Shown here: positions 8,739-17,388 of the stretch, piece after piece | Numbering within the stretch: position 1 is the first letter of the stretch | How the letters are laid out: every line of letters starts with the position of its first letter | NCBI GenBank assembly: GCA_964541315.1 | Contig: CAZIQP010000003.1 | Span: 1 to 64,000 of the forward strand | Origin: an uncultured Opitutaceae bacterium | Lineage (GTDB): Bacteria; Verrucomicrobiota; Verrucomicrobiia; Opitutales; Opitutaceae | Length of the DNA: 64,000 bases | Reading direction: 5' to 3' | The notes under the pieces: generated by a model | Databases searched by the model: none | The model's input: the letters and a program-made list of their open reading frames with translations, nothing else | What the model was told of the DNA's origin: nothing | Program-made: the position numbers and the translations under genes

Positions 8739-10913
8739 GTGAGACACGCAGCGTCATTGTCTTCCTGGCCGGCGCGTTGGTCGGTTGGCTTGTTTCTGCT
8801 CGCGGCCGGGTCTGTCGGAGCGGCTGAAAATGCCGTGGTTCCGATCGCAACGGCGGCGGTGAAGAGAGTCGACTGTGCGAACAGCGACTGCATGGAATGC
8901 CATGTCGCGAAATTCAAACCGCGCAAAAAGGGACTGGCCCCCGAATGGGTCGGGGTGAAGGCGGAAGTTTTCGCCAAGTCGGTGCATGCCAAACTCAATT
9001 GTGTCGATTGCCATGCCACCATCGTGGAGACCCCGCACGATGCGAAATTGCCGTCGGCCCAATGCGTCAGTTGTCACGAAAAACCGGCCAATCAATACGC
9101 CAACAGCATCCATGGCATCAGCCACCAGATGGGTGCTTCGGAAGCCGCGTCCTGCGCGAGCTGCCATGGCACGCATGACATGGTGCCGGTCAAACAGATT
9201 GATTCACCCGTCTTCAAGTTCAACCTGTCGAAGACATGCGGCACCTGTCACGACAACGCGAAATTGACGAAAGAGTACCGCATGGGGCAGACCGAAGCGG
9301 CAGGGCACTACAACGATAGCATTCACGGCAAGGCGCTCGTCAAGATGGGCCTGATAGTCGCGCCTTCGTGCAACGACTGCCATGGGGTCCATGATATCAA
9401 GCGCAGCGTCGACAAGGACTCGCACACCAATCACGCCAACATCGCCAAATCTTGCGGTACGTGTCACCTTGGCATCGAGGAAACGTACAACGCCAGCGTG
9501 CACGGCCAGCTCCTGCTGAAAGGCGACAAGAAAGGCCCGGTGTGCACGGATTGTCATAGCGCGCACGATATCGAGAAACCTGCTTCCGCCCACTTCAAGG
9601 CGGGCAGCGACCAGAGCTGCGGCAAATGCCACGAAGACCGGCTGGAGCACTACCGCGAAACCTATCACGGCAAGGCGATGGCGCTCGGCCAGCCCAACGT
9701 CGCTTCGGACGTCGCGGCCTGTTACGATTGCCACGGCCATCACGATGTTTTCCCGGTGAGCGATCCGCGCTCGCGCCTGCACAAGGACAAGATTGTCGGC
9801 ACCTGCTCGCAATGCCACCCGGGAGTGAACGCCAGCTTCACGAAATACGCGCCGCATGCCAACCCGTTGGACAAGGTCAACTATCCGCTCCTCAACAAGG
9901 TTTTCCTGTTCATGACCGCTTTGCTCGTGGGCGTGTTTTCATTCTTCGGGTTGCATACCGCCTTCTGGCTCTTCCGTTCCGTCTATCTCTACCTGCATGA
10001 TTCGAAGAAATTCCGCGAGGCGGTGGTCTCGGCGAACGCGGATGACGACACCTATACCCGCTTCACCCCGTTTGAGCGGATGCTGCATCTGATGATGGTG
10101 ACGAGTTTCCTCACACTCGTGATCACGGGCATGCCACTGAAATTCTATTACACGGACTGGGCGAAGGTGATGTTCCGTTTCATCGGCAGCGCCGAGGTGG
10201 CCCGCACACTGCACCACTACGCGGCGGTCGTGACGTTCGCCTACTTCACCCTGCACGTGGGCAGCCTTATCCCGGAATTTTGGCGCAAGCGCCACAGCCT
10301 CCGCGATCCCGCGACCGGCAAGCTCTCGCTGCAATGCGTGTGGGCGACGATTTTTGGCCCCGACTCGATGGTGCCGTCGTTCCAGGACTGGCGTGATTTC
10401 ATTGCCCACCAGAAATGGTTCTTCGGCAAGGGACCCAAGCCGCAGTTCGACCGCTGGACTTATTGGGAACGCTTCGACTATTTCGCGGTGTTCTGGGGCA
10501 TCGCCATCATCGGGTTCTCCGGCCTGATCCTCTGGTTCCCGAAGTTCTTCACGCTCTTCCTGCCCGGCTGGATCATCAACATCGCCATGGTGGTGCATTC
10601 CGACGAGGCGCTGCTGGCTGCCGGCTTCATCTTCTCATTCCACTTTTTCAACACGCATTTCCGCATCGAGAAATTTCCGATGGACACAGTCATCTTCTCG
10701 GGCCGAATTTCTAAGACCGAGATGCTGCACGAGCGGAAACGCTGGTACGACCGCTTGGTCGCCGCCGGTCGGTTGGAAATCTATCGCATCAAGGCCGACG
10801 ACTGGGAAGGCCGGAAGAACATCGCCAAGACGATGGGCTTTATCTTCTTCGGCACCGGCCTGATTCTGCTCGCACTCATCATCTACGCGATGGTTTCACG
10901 GCTGGGGCATTGA
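8739..10913 (+). CDS. Second CbcL-like multiheme cytochrome c/cytochrome b fusion (11 CXXCH)
   Basis: GTG start, signal peptide, 11 CXXCH, cyt b domain (ERMLH, LHHYA, ERFDYFAVFWG, VHSDEALLA, FHFFNTH). Confidence 0.9.
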   Translation: MRHAASLSSWPARWSVGLFLLAAGSVGAAENAVVPIATAAVKRVDCANSDCMECHVAKFKPRKKGLAPEWVGVKAEVFAKSVHAKLNCVDCHATIVETPHDAKLPSAQCVSCHEKPANQYANSIHGISHQMGASEAASCASCHGTHDMVPVKQIDSPVFKFNLSKTCGTCHDNAKLTKEYRMGQTEAAGHYNDSIHGKALVKMGLIVAPSCNDCHGVHDIKRSVDKDSHTNHANIAKSCGTCHLGIEETYNASVHGQLLLKGDKKGPVCTDCHSAHDIEKPASAHFKAGSDQSCGKCHEDRLEHYRETYHGKAMALGQPNVASDVAACYDCHGHHDVFPVSDPRSRLHKDKIVGTCSQCHPGVNASFTKYAPHANPLDKVNYPLLNKVFLFMTALLVGVFSFFGLHTAFWLFRSVYLYLHDSKKFREAVVSANADDDTYTRFTPFERMLHLMMVTSFLTLVITGMPLKFYYTDWAKVMFRFIGSAEVARTLHHYAAVVTFAYFTLHVGSLIPEFWRKRHSLRDPATGKLSLQCVWATIFGPDSMVPSFQDWRDFIAHQKWFFGKGPKPQFDRWTYWERFDYFAVFWGIAIIGFSGLILWFPKFFTLFLPGWIINIAMVVHSDEALLAAGFIFSFHFFNTHFRIEKFPMDTVIFSGRISKTEMLHERKRWYDRLVAAGRLEIYRIKADDWEGRKNIAKTMGFIFFGTGLILLALIIYAMVSRLGH

Positions 10914-10935
10914 TGACCTGTCACATCGAGACTCG

Positions 10936-11013
10936 CTGTAGGAGAGGCTTTATGCCCCGATTAGGATTTGTACTGCCTGGCGTCCATGTCGCAGCATAAA
11001 GACGCTCCTATAG
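10936..11013. repeat. REP/REPIN-like imperfect palindrome
   Basis: CTGTAGGAG..CTTTATGC..CGA pairs with TCG..GCATAAAG..CTCCTATAG; carries the GTAG tetranucleotide. Confidence 0.6.
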
Positions 11014-11024
11014 TCAGGCATAAT

Positions 11025-11052
11025 AAAAAAGCCCGGGCGGTGAAGCCCGGGC
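11025..11052 (-). terminator. Rho-independent terminator of the kdgK operon
   Basis: Minus strand GCCCGGGC-ttcacc-GCCCGGGC-TTTTTT, 25 bp after the kdgK stop. Confidence 0.8.
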
Positions 11053-11077
11053 GAGGGAAGTTGAGAGCGTTCTTGGA

Positions 11078-12172
11078 TTAGCGTACCACGCGGGCGCCGC
11101 CGCCGCTGATGGTCTTTTCGACTTCCCTGCGGGTGGCCATCGAGGTGTCGCCGGGGGTCGTCGAGGCGAGGGCGCCGTGGGCGGCACCGTACTCGACGGC
11201 TTTCTGCGCGTCGTTGAATTCCATGAAACCGAACTGCACGCCGGAAGCGAAGCTGTCGCCACCGCCGACGCGGTCGAGAATCTCGAGGCCGGGATACTGC
11301 TTGCTCTCGTGGAATTTACCGGCGTGCCAGAGAATGGCGCTCCAGTCGTTCTTCGTGGCGGTAATGACGTGGCGCAGCGTGGTGGCGGCGACCTTGAAGT
11401 TCGGGAATTCCTTCACGGCGGTCTCGATCATTGCCTTGAAGGCGTCGGTCTCGATGTGGCCGAGGGTTTCCTGACCCTTGACGGCGAAGCCGAGTGACGC
11501 GGTGAAGTCTTCCTCGTTGCCAATCATGACATCGACATACTTCGCGATCTCGCGGTTGACTTCCTGGGCTTTCTTGAGGCCGCCGATGGTTTTCCAGAGC
11601 GAGGGACGGTAGTTGAGATCATAGCTGACGATCGTGCCGTGTTTGTTGGCGGCCTTGACGGCCTCGACAGTGAGCTCGGCGGTGGTGGCGGAAAGGGCGG
11701 CGAAAATACCACCGGTGTGAAACCAGCGCACACCGAGTTTGCCAAAAATATGGTCCCAATCGATGTCACCGGGCTTGAGCTGGGAGGCGGCGGTGTTGCC
11801 GCGGTCAGGATTGCCGACGGCGCCGCGGATGCCGAAGCCGCGCTCGGTGAAGTTGAGGCCGTTGCGGACGGTGCGGCCGATGCCGTCGTCCTCGCGCCAC
11901 TTGATGAAGTCGGTGGCGACGCCGCCCTGCATGATGAAATCCTCGACGAGGTGGCCGACCTCGTTGTCGACGAAGGCGGTGACGACGGCGGTTTTATAGC
12001 CGAAGCATTTGCGGAGACCGCGGGAGGTGTTGTATTCGCCGCCGCCTTCCCAGACTTGGAAGTTGCGGGCGGTGCGAATGCGGCCCTCGCCCGGGTCGAG
12101 GCGCAGCATGACTTCGCCGAGCGAGATCTGGTCGAAGGCGACGGATTTGGCAGGTTTGATTTGGAGGCTCAT
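11078..12172 (-). CDS. kdgK: 2-dehydro-3-deoxygluconokinase (PfkB family)
   Basis: GEVMLRL, GGGEYN, SYDLNYR, DRVGGGDSFA motifs; clustered with eda and kduID. Confidence 0.88.
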   Translation of the reverse strand: MSLQIKPAKSVAFDQISLGEVMLRLDPGEGRIRTARNFQVWEGGGEYNTSRGLRKCFGYKTAVVTAFVDNEVGHLVEDFIMQGGVATDFIKWREDDGIGRTVRNGLNFTERGFGIRGAVGNPDRGNTAASQLKPGDIDWDHIFGKLGVRWFHTGGIFAALSATTAELTVEAVKAANKHGTIVSYDLNYRPSLWKTIGGLKKAQEVNREIAKYVDVMIGNEEDFTASLGFAVKGQETLGHIETDAFKAMIETAVKEFPNFKVAATTLRHVITATKNDWSAILWHAGKFHESKQYPGLEILDRVGGGDSFASGVQFGFMEFNDAQKAVEYGAAHGALASTTPGDTSMATRREVEKTISGGGARVVR

Positions 12173-12241
12173 GGGTGTAGAGGAGATTTTTAACCACTAA
12201 TGCACACTAAGGAGACACTAATGGTCGGAAGTTGGCGGCAG

Positions 12242-13339
12242 TTAGATTGTGACGGTCTTGAAGGACTCGGTTTTCCAGAGCGGTTGCCTGGCTTCGGTGG
12301 CGAGTTCGTTGAAGGCATCGACCTCGGCTTTGGAGAAGAGCAGACCGCCGGCCGCGGCGGTGTGTTTGGCCCAGTTGGCTTCGAGCTGGCCGGGAAGCAT
12401 GGCCTTTTCGTTGCCGTGGCCGAGGACATCGTCGATGACGGCCTTCACGTTTTGTTTCTGGTTGCGGCCCTTCGCAAAGGCGCCGCCGTTGATCGCATCG
12501 GGATGGATGACTTGGAAAAAAAAGACGCAGGTGCCCTTGTCGCCCCCGGCTTTGTCCCAGCGATTGCGGATGGTCGGAAGGGAACCGCCGATGAAGCCGC
12601 CCACGATTTCATTGATGAGCGAGAGACCGTAGCCTTTATGCGCTCCGAACGGGAGGAGTGAGACGGCGAGATTCGGATCGGTGGTCGGATTGCCATCCTT
12701 GTCCACGGCGGCCATCGGCGGGAGCGGCTTGCCTTCGCGCTTGAGCTGTTGCACACGGCCCATGGCCACGACGGACGTGGCCCAGTCGATCACGATCGGG
12801 TAGCCAACAGCATCGGTCGTGGGAAAGCCCCACGAGTGGGGATTGGTGCCGAGGGTGGGGAACTTGCCGCCGAAAGGAACAACTTCGGCGAGAGCGGCGG
12901 TGCAGTTCGTGTAGGCGATGTAGCCTTTTTTCGCAGCATCCATCACATAGCCGCCGCCCCAAAGATAGTGGAAGGCGTTGTCGACGGAGATGGTGCCGAC
13001 GCCGTATTTGTCGGCGAGGCGCATGGCCTCGTCCATCGCGCGGTAGGCGGTGGATTGACCGAGTTTTTTGTTGGCGTTCCAGATTTTGGCGGCCTCGAAT
13101 TTCGAGGGCTTCACTTCGATCTGCGCGCCGGGCACGCAGCCTTTGGAGCCGGAGCCGAAGAGGTGGTCTAGGTGGAGGGCCTTGATGCCGTTGTGGGTGC
13201 GAATGCCGTGGCGCGAGGCCTCGGCGCAAAAGCGCGCGCCTTCGGCCGATTCATCGGCAAGGAAACCGCGGTGCATGTAAGCCGCGGCCACAAGGGCATT
13301 ATGCTGGGATTCGGGGACAATGAAGAATTGTTCGGGCAT
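12242..13339 (-). CDS. Ldh_2-family oxidoreductase (AllD/YiaK/ComC-like)
   Basis: GIRTHNG, LGTNPHSWG, IDWATS, PTTDP, PFGAHKGYGL, LPG motifs. Confidence 0.85.
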   Translation of the reverse strand: MPEQFFIVPESQHNALVAAAYMHRGFLADESAEGARFCAEASRHGIRTHNGIKALHLDHLFGSGSKGCVPGAQIEVKPSKFEAAKIWNANKKLGQSTAYRAMDEAMRLADKYGVGTISVDNAFHYLWGGGYVMDAAKKGYIAYTNCTAALAEVVPFGGKFPTLGTNPHSWGFPTTDAVGYPIVIDWATSVVAMGRVQQLKREGKPLPPMAAVDKDGNPTTDPNLAVSLLPFGAHKGYGLSLINEIVGGFIGGSLPTIRNRWDKAGGDKGTCVFFFQVIHPDAINGGAFAKGRNQKQNVKAVIDDVLGHGNEKAMLPGQLEANWAKHTAAAGGLLFSKAEVDAFNELATEARQPLWKTESFKTVTI

Positions 13340-13389
13340 GGGAGGCGAAAGAGAGTTCTTGAAATAGGGCCTACAGGTTTAAGCTTTTC

Positions 13390-14370
13390 TCAGACGACCT
13401 TCTTGGTCGGGACCTCGGGGTTGATCTGGGCGAGGGGTTTCTCGCCGTTCATGGCGAGGATGAGGTTTTTCACGGAGGCGGTGGCCTGGCGGACGACGCT
13501 CTCGTAGGTGCGCGAACCGACGTGCGGCGTGCAGACGCAGTTCGGGAGCTTGAGCAGCGGGTGGTCGGGCGTCGGCGGTTCGGTGTCCAGCACGTCGGTG
13601 CCGTAGCCACCCACCTGCCCGGACTTGAGGGCTTCGACCATGTCGGCGGTATGGACGATCTCGCCGCGGGCGCAGTTGAGGATGAGCACCCCCTTTTTCA
13701 TTTTCGGGAATGATTTCGCGCTGATCATGTCGCGCGTCTCCGGCGTGAGATTGGTGTGGAGCGAGAGATAATCGGAAACAGCGTAGACTTCGTCGAGGGT
13801 GGCGGCGCGCTTCACGTTGTGGGCGGCGGCGAATTTTTCGTCCCAATAAAGATCGAAACCGATCACATTCATGCCGAAGGCACGGGCACGGATGGCGACT
13901 TCTTTGCCAATGCGGCCGAGCCCGATGATACCGATGGTTTTCTCGAGGAGCTCGTGCCCGGTCTTGCGTTTCCAGGTGTTGGCGCGCGTGGAGTCGGTAT
14001 GGTAGAAAAAGTTTTTCTCGAGGGCGAGGAGGAGCAGGAACGTGTGCTCGGCCACCGTGGTGTGGTTGACACCGGGCGTGAAGAGGAGAGGCAGGCCGAA
14101 TTCGGTGCAGGACTTGACGTCGATCTTGTCGACGCCGATGCCGTATTTGCTGATGACTTTCAGACGCGGGCGGGCTTTTTCCAGAACTTTGCGGGTGATC
14201 ATGTCGTCGCCGCAGATGTAACCGTCGATGTCGCCGACGAGCGCGAGGGTGTCGGCTTCGTTGAGCGGGCCGCGGGCGCGGATGATTTCCCATCCGGTGG
14301 CAGCGAGGAGCTGGTGATGCTCGCCCGGCGTATCTTGAAATGAAGTGGTGGTAAGGAGTATACGGGTCAT
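13390..14370 (-). CDS. D-isomer-specific 2-hydroxyacid dehydrogenase (SerA-like, no ACT domain)
   Basis: GIGVDKID, VAEH, GIIGLGRIG, NCARG, DVLDTEP, TPHVG. Confidence 0.88.
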   Translation of the reverse strand: MTRILLTTTSFQDTPGEHHQLLAATGWEIIRARGPLNEADTLALVGDIDGYICGDDMITRKVLEKARPRLKVISKYGIGVDKIDVKSCTEFGLPLLFTPGVNHTTVAEHTFLLLLALEKNFFYHTDSTRANTWKRKTGHELLEKTIGIIGLGRIGKEVAIRARAFGMNVIGFDLYWDEKFAAAHNVKRAATLDEVYAVSDYLSLHTNLTPETRDMISAKSFPKMKKGVLILNCARGEIVHTADMVEALKSGQVGGYGTDVLDTEPPTPDHPLLKLPNCVCTPHVGSRTYESVVRQATASVKNLILAMNGEKPLAQINPEVPTKKVV

Positions 14371-14382
14371 GGAGAAAGCAGG

Positions 14383-15024
14383 TTACAGTTTCACGGCGGC
14401 GGCAGCGGCGACAAACACCTTGGCACGGGCCGTGATGGCGGCCCAATCGCCGGCCTTCAACGCGGCGGCGGCCACGAGCGAACTGCCGGCGGCGGTGGCG
14501 AACGCGCCGGCTTTGAGGAAATCGCCGAGAGTTTCAGGCGTGACGCCGCCGGTGGGCAGGAATTGCAGGTTCGGGAAAGGAGCCTTGAGTGATTTGATGT
14601 AGGCGGGACCGAAAAATTCGGCGGGGAAAATCTTGATGACGTCGGCCCCGAGTTCGTGGGCGCTGTACGCTTCTGTCGGGGTGAGCGCACCGGAAAGAAT
14701 TGGAACGCCCGCTTCACGGCACACCGCGATAACGGTGGGGCGGAGCGCCGGGGTCACGATGAATTTCGCGCCGGCCGCGATGCCCTTACGGGCCGTGTCG
14801 GCATCAAGCACGGTGCCGAGCCCGAGGAGGACTTGCGGCAGCTCCTTGGCGACCAGGGCGCACATTTCCAAGGCTCCCGGCGTGGTCATCGTGAGCTCGA
14901 TGCAATTGAGCCCGCCGGCGGAAAGCGCGCGGGCGCAATCGAGGAGACTGGATGAGCTGTCGGCGCGGATGAGGGCGATGACTTTCTCGGTTTTGATGCG
15001 GTTCAGAACGTCGGATTTGGACAT
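14383..15024 (-). CDS. eda: KDPG/KHG aldolase
   Basis: IELTMTTP, GLGTV, FIVTP, GALTPTE, KIFPA, PTGGV. Confidence 0.9.
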   Translation of the reverse strand: MSKSDVLNRIKTEKVIALIRADSSSSLLDCARALSAGGLNCIELTMTTPGALEMCALVAKELPQVLLGLGTVLDADTARKGIAAGAKFIVTPALRPTVIAVCREAGVPILSGALTPTEAYSAHELGADVIKIFPAEFFGPAYIKSLKAPFPNLQFLPTGGVTPETLGDFLKAGAFATAAGSSLVAAAALKAGDWAAITARAKVFVAAAAAVKL

Positions 15025-15093
15025 GGCAGAGGGGGGAATGAGATGAATTGTCGGACGAGAATCGGGCGACGGGATGGGGTAGGACTTTATGGC

Positions 15094-15933
15094 TTAACGG
15101 ACCCCGGCGACAGCAAAGTGCGGATCGGTGTAACCGATCAGCCGTGAGAGTTCACTGGCGGCGGCCTTCACATCTGCGGCCATCTGCGGAATGCGCTCTT
15201 TGGGAAAACGGACGGTGGCGGCGGTGATCCCGATGGCGGCGACACAGGTGCCGTCGGAGGAATAAACCGGGGCGGCGAGGCAACGGACGCCGAGATGAAA
15301 TTCCTCGTCATCCAGGCTGAAGCCCCGTTTGCGGGTGATTTCGGTTTCACGGCGGATTTCCGCCGCCGTGGTCTGGGTGTGAGCCGTGCGCTTGACCGGT
15401 GGGAACCGTTTGATGATTTCCTCGATCCGGGCTTGATGCAAACAGGCCAGAAAGGTTTTGCCGGTGGAGGAGCAGTGCAGTTCCGCCAAGAAACCGGGAC
15501 GCGAGGCGGCACGGAGTGGGTGGGGGCTGTCCTGCACGGCCACAATGAGCGAACGGTCGTCGCAGGGAATCGCCAGGTGGCAGGTTTCGGAGATCTGCCC
15601 GGTCAGTTTTTCCAGGACGGGCAGGGCGGTGGTGCGGATTTCCGTGCCGGCGAGTGAGGCGGTGCCCAATTGGATCAAGACCGGGCCCAGTTCAAACTGG
15701 TTGCCGTGCTTCCGCACCAACCCTTCCAGATGAAGAGTCGTCATGATGCGCAGCGTGGTGGTGACGGGAATGCCCAGCCGGCGCCCGATATCGGCCGCCT
15801 TAAAACTCTCCGTCGAGCTGCTCAGTAATTTGAGAATGCGGCACGCGTTGCGCAGATTGGGAATGACGTAGCGTTCCTGACTGGAGACACTGGGCGGGGT
15901 CGGAGTGGGCGGGGCTATCTGCCGGGTGGGCAT
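15094..15933 (-). CDS. IclR-family transcriptional regulator (KdgR-like role)
   Basis: N-terminal HTH (DIGRRLGIPVTTTLRIMTTL), ETCHL, HCSSTGK, RGFSLDDEEFHLGVRCLAAP. Start placed at ATG 15933. Confidence 0.9.
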   Translation of the reverse strand: MPTRQIAPPTPTPPSVSSQERYVIPNLRNACRILKLLSSSTESFKAADIGRRLGIPVTTTLRIMTTLHLEGLVRKHGNQFELGPVLIQLGTASLAGTEIRTTALPVLEKLTGQISETCHLAIPCDDRSLIVAVQDSPHPLRAASRPGFLAELHCSSTGKTFLACLHQARIEEIIKRFPPVKRTAHTQTTAAEIRRETEITRKRGFSLDDEEFHLGVRCLAAPVYSSDGTCVAAIGITAATVRFPKERIPQMAADVKAAASELSRLIGYTDPHFAVAGVR

Positions 15934-16016
15934 GGAGGGGAGAGAAGTTATGTTGGGGATGATCGAAAAGGAAAGTGGAGCAGAGAAGAATATTTTCTTG
16001 CCAAATAGCACCATAG

Positions 16017-16047
16017 TTCAGATATGAATGTCAATTTCATTAGTGAA
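16017..16047. promoter_or_regulatory. Tandem palindromic operator candidates TTCA-N4-TGAA
   Basis: TTCAGATATGAA (16017-16028) and TTCATTAGTGAA (16036-16047), interleaved with minus-strand TTGACA hexamers at 16029-16034 and 16060-16065. Confidence 0.55.
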
Positions 16048-16521
16048 TATCAACAGGCATGTCAATTTAGCTTATCACCACCACACGCTCACCCCGATGG
16101 AAACCCTATCTGTTTTCGGACAGTACTTGCGGCGTTGCTCCCGGTGTGCCCGGTGCGGTTCAGTTTGCCGGTTTCCACCGTCAATAACCTTGGTCTTTTG
16201 TTGACCCAAGCCGCAGACCTTCCCTCCCGGCGCCACCACATGAACCATGCGAGCCACATCAGCCTCAAGTTTTGGCGGCATGTTCTGGAACTTGCCACCC
16301 TGTCTTTCAGGCCGGTGCATTTTGCACACCCGCTCATTTTCGCTCAACTTTCATCGCAGCGAATTCCCGCAACAGCATGCACTCTTGGAATAGCCAGGAA
16401 ACCCGCCCGGTGGCGCTTGAGCCACAAGGCAGGCCCAACTGTCCGGTCGTTCATCAAGCAAGTTGCTGTGGACATGATCCGGCCGTTTTATACATTCTAA
16501 ATTTCCCCCAGCCCCTTCTTT

Positions 16522-17352
16522 ATGGAAATCCTTCCCAGTATTGACCAGCGCGGCTACACGCGCATGAACACCAACGAGCTTCGTCAGGCCTTTCTGGTTG
16601 ACGGGCTGTTTCAAGCGGGCGCTGTGGTGCTCAAATATTGGGAGACGGACCGCACGGTGATGGGCGGTGTCGTGCCCGGAGCCGAAAAACTTCCAATCGG
16701 CTGCCCCAAGGAGCTCGCCTCCACTTTTTTCAACGAGCGCCGCGAACTCGGCATCATCAATCTCGGCGAAGCCGGTTCCGTCGAAGTCGACGGTACAGCC
16801 TACGTCATGCAGAATCTCGACTGCCTCTACGTCGGACGCGGCGTGCGCAGCGTCGTGTTTGCCTCCGCCAATCCCACGGCTCCCGCGCAGTTCTTTCTGC
16901 TGAGCTATCCGGCGCACACCGCCTATCCGACCACCCACGCCTCCATCGCGCAGACCACCCCTGTCGAACTGGGCAATCAACAGCAGGTCAATGCGCGCTC
17001 TCTCTACAAATTCATCCACACCGCCGGCATCAAGAGCTGCCAGCTCGTCATGGGCATCACGGCGATCAAGCCGGGCAGCGCCTTCAACACGATGCCGGCC
17101 CACACTCACCTGCGCCGTTCGGAAATTTATCTCTACTTCAATATCCCGGCCAGTGCCGCCGTATTTCATTTCGCCGGCCGGCCCGACGAGACGCGCAACA
17201 TCATGGTGCATGACCGGCAGGCGGTCTTGTCGCCGCCTTGGTCGGTTCACTGCGGTGCCGGCACCGCCGCCTACAGCTTTGTCTGGGGCATGGGTGGCGA
17301 AAATCAGGAATTCGCCGACATGGATTCTTTCCCCATTCCCACCTTCCGCTAA
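16522..17352 (+). CDS. kduI: 5-dehydro-4-deoxy-D-glucuronate isomerase
   Basis: ERRELGIINLG, SCQLVMG, NTMPAHTH, SPPWSVH, WGMGGENQ. Confidence 0.93.
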   Translation: MEILPSIDQRGYTRMNTNELRQAFLVDGLFQAGAVVLKYWETDRTVMGGVVPGAEKLPIGCPKELASTFFNERRELGIINLGEAGSVEVDGTAYVMQNLDCLYVGRGVRSVVFASANPTAPAQFFLLSYPAHTAYPTTHASIAQTTPVELGNQQQVNARSLYKFIHTAGIKSCQLVMGITAIKPGSAFNTMPAHTHLRRSEIYLYFNIPASAAVFHFAGRPDETRNIMVHDRQAVLSPPWSVHCGAGTAAYSFVWGMGGENQEFADMDSFPIPTFR

Positions 17353-17388
17353 TTCTCTTTTGCTCCCAACCCACCCTTTGCTTACCAC

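Noticed and set aside
16024..16500. 158-aa ORF between IclR and kduI
   Set aside because: No recognisable motifs and it starts inside the operator/promoter region.
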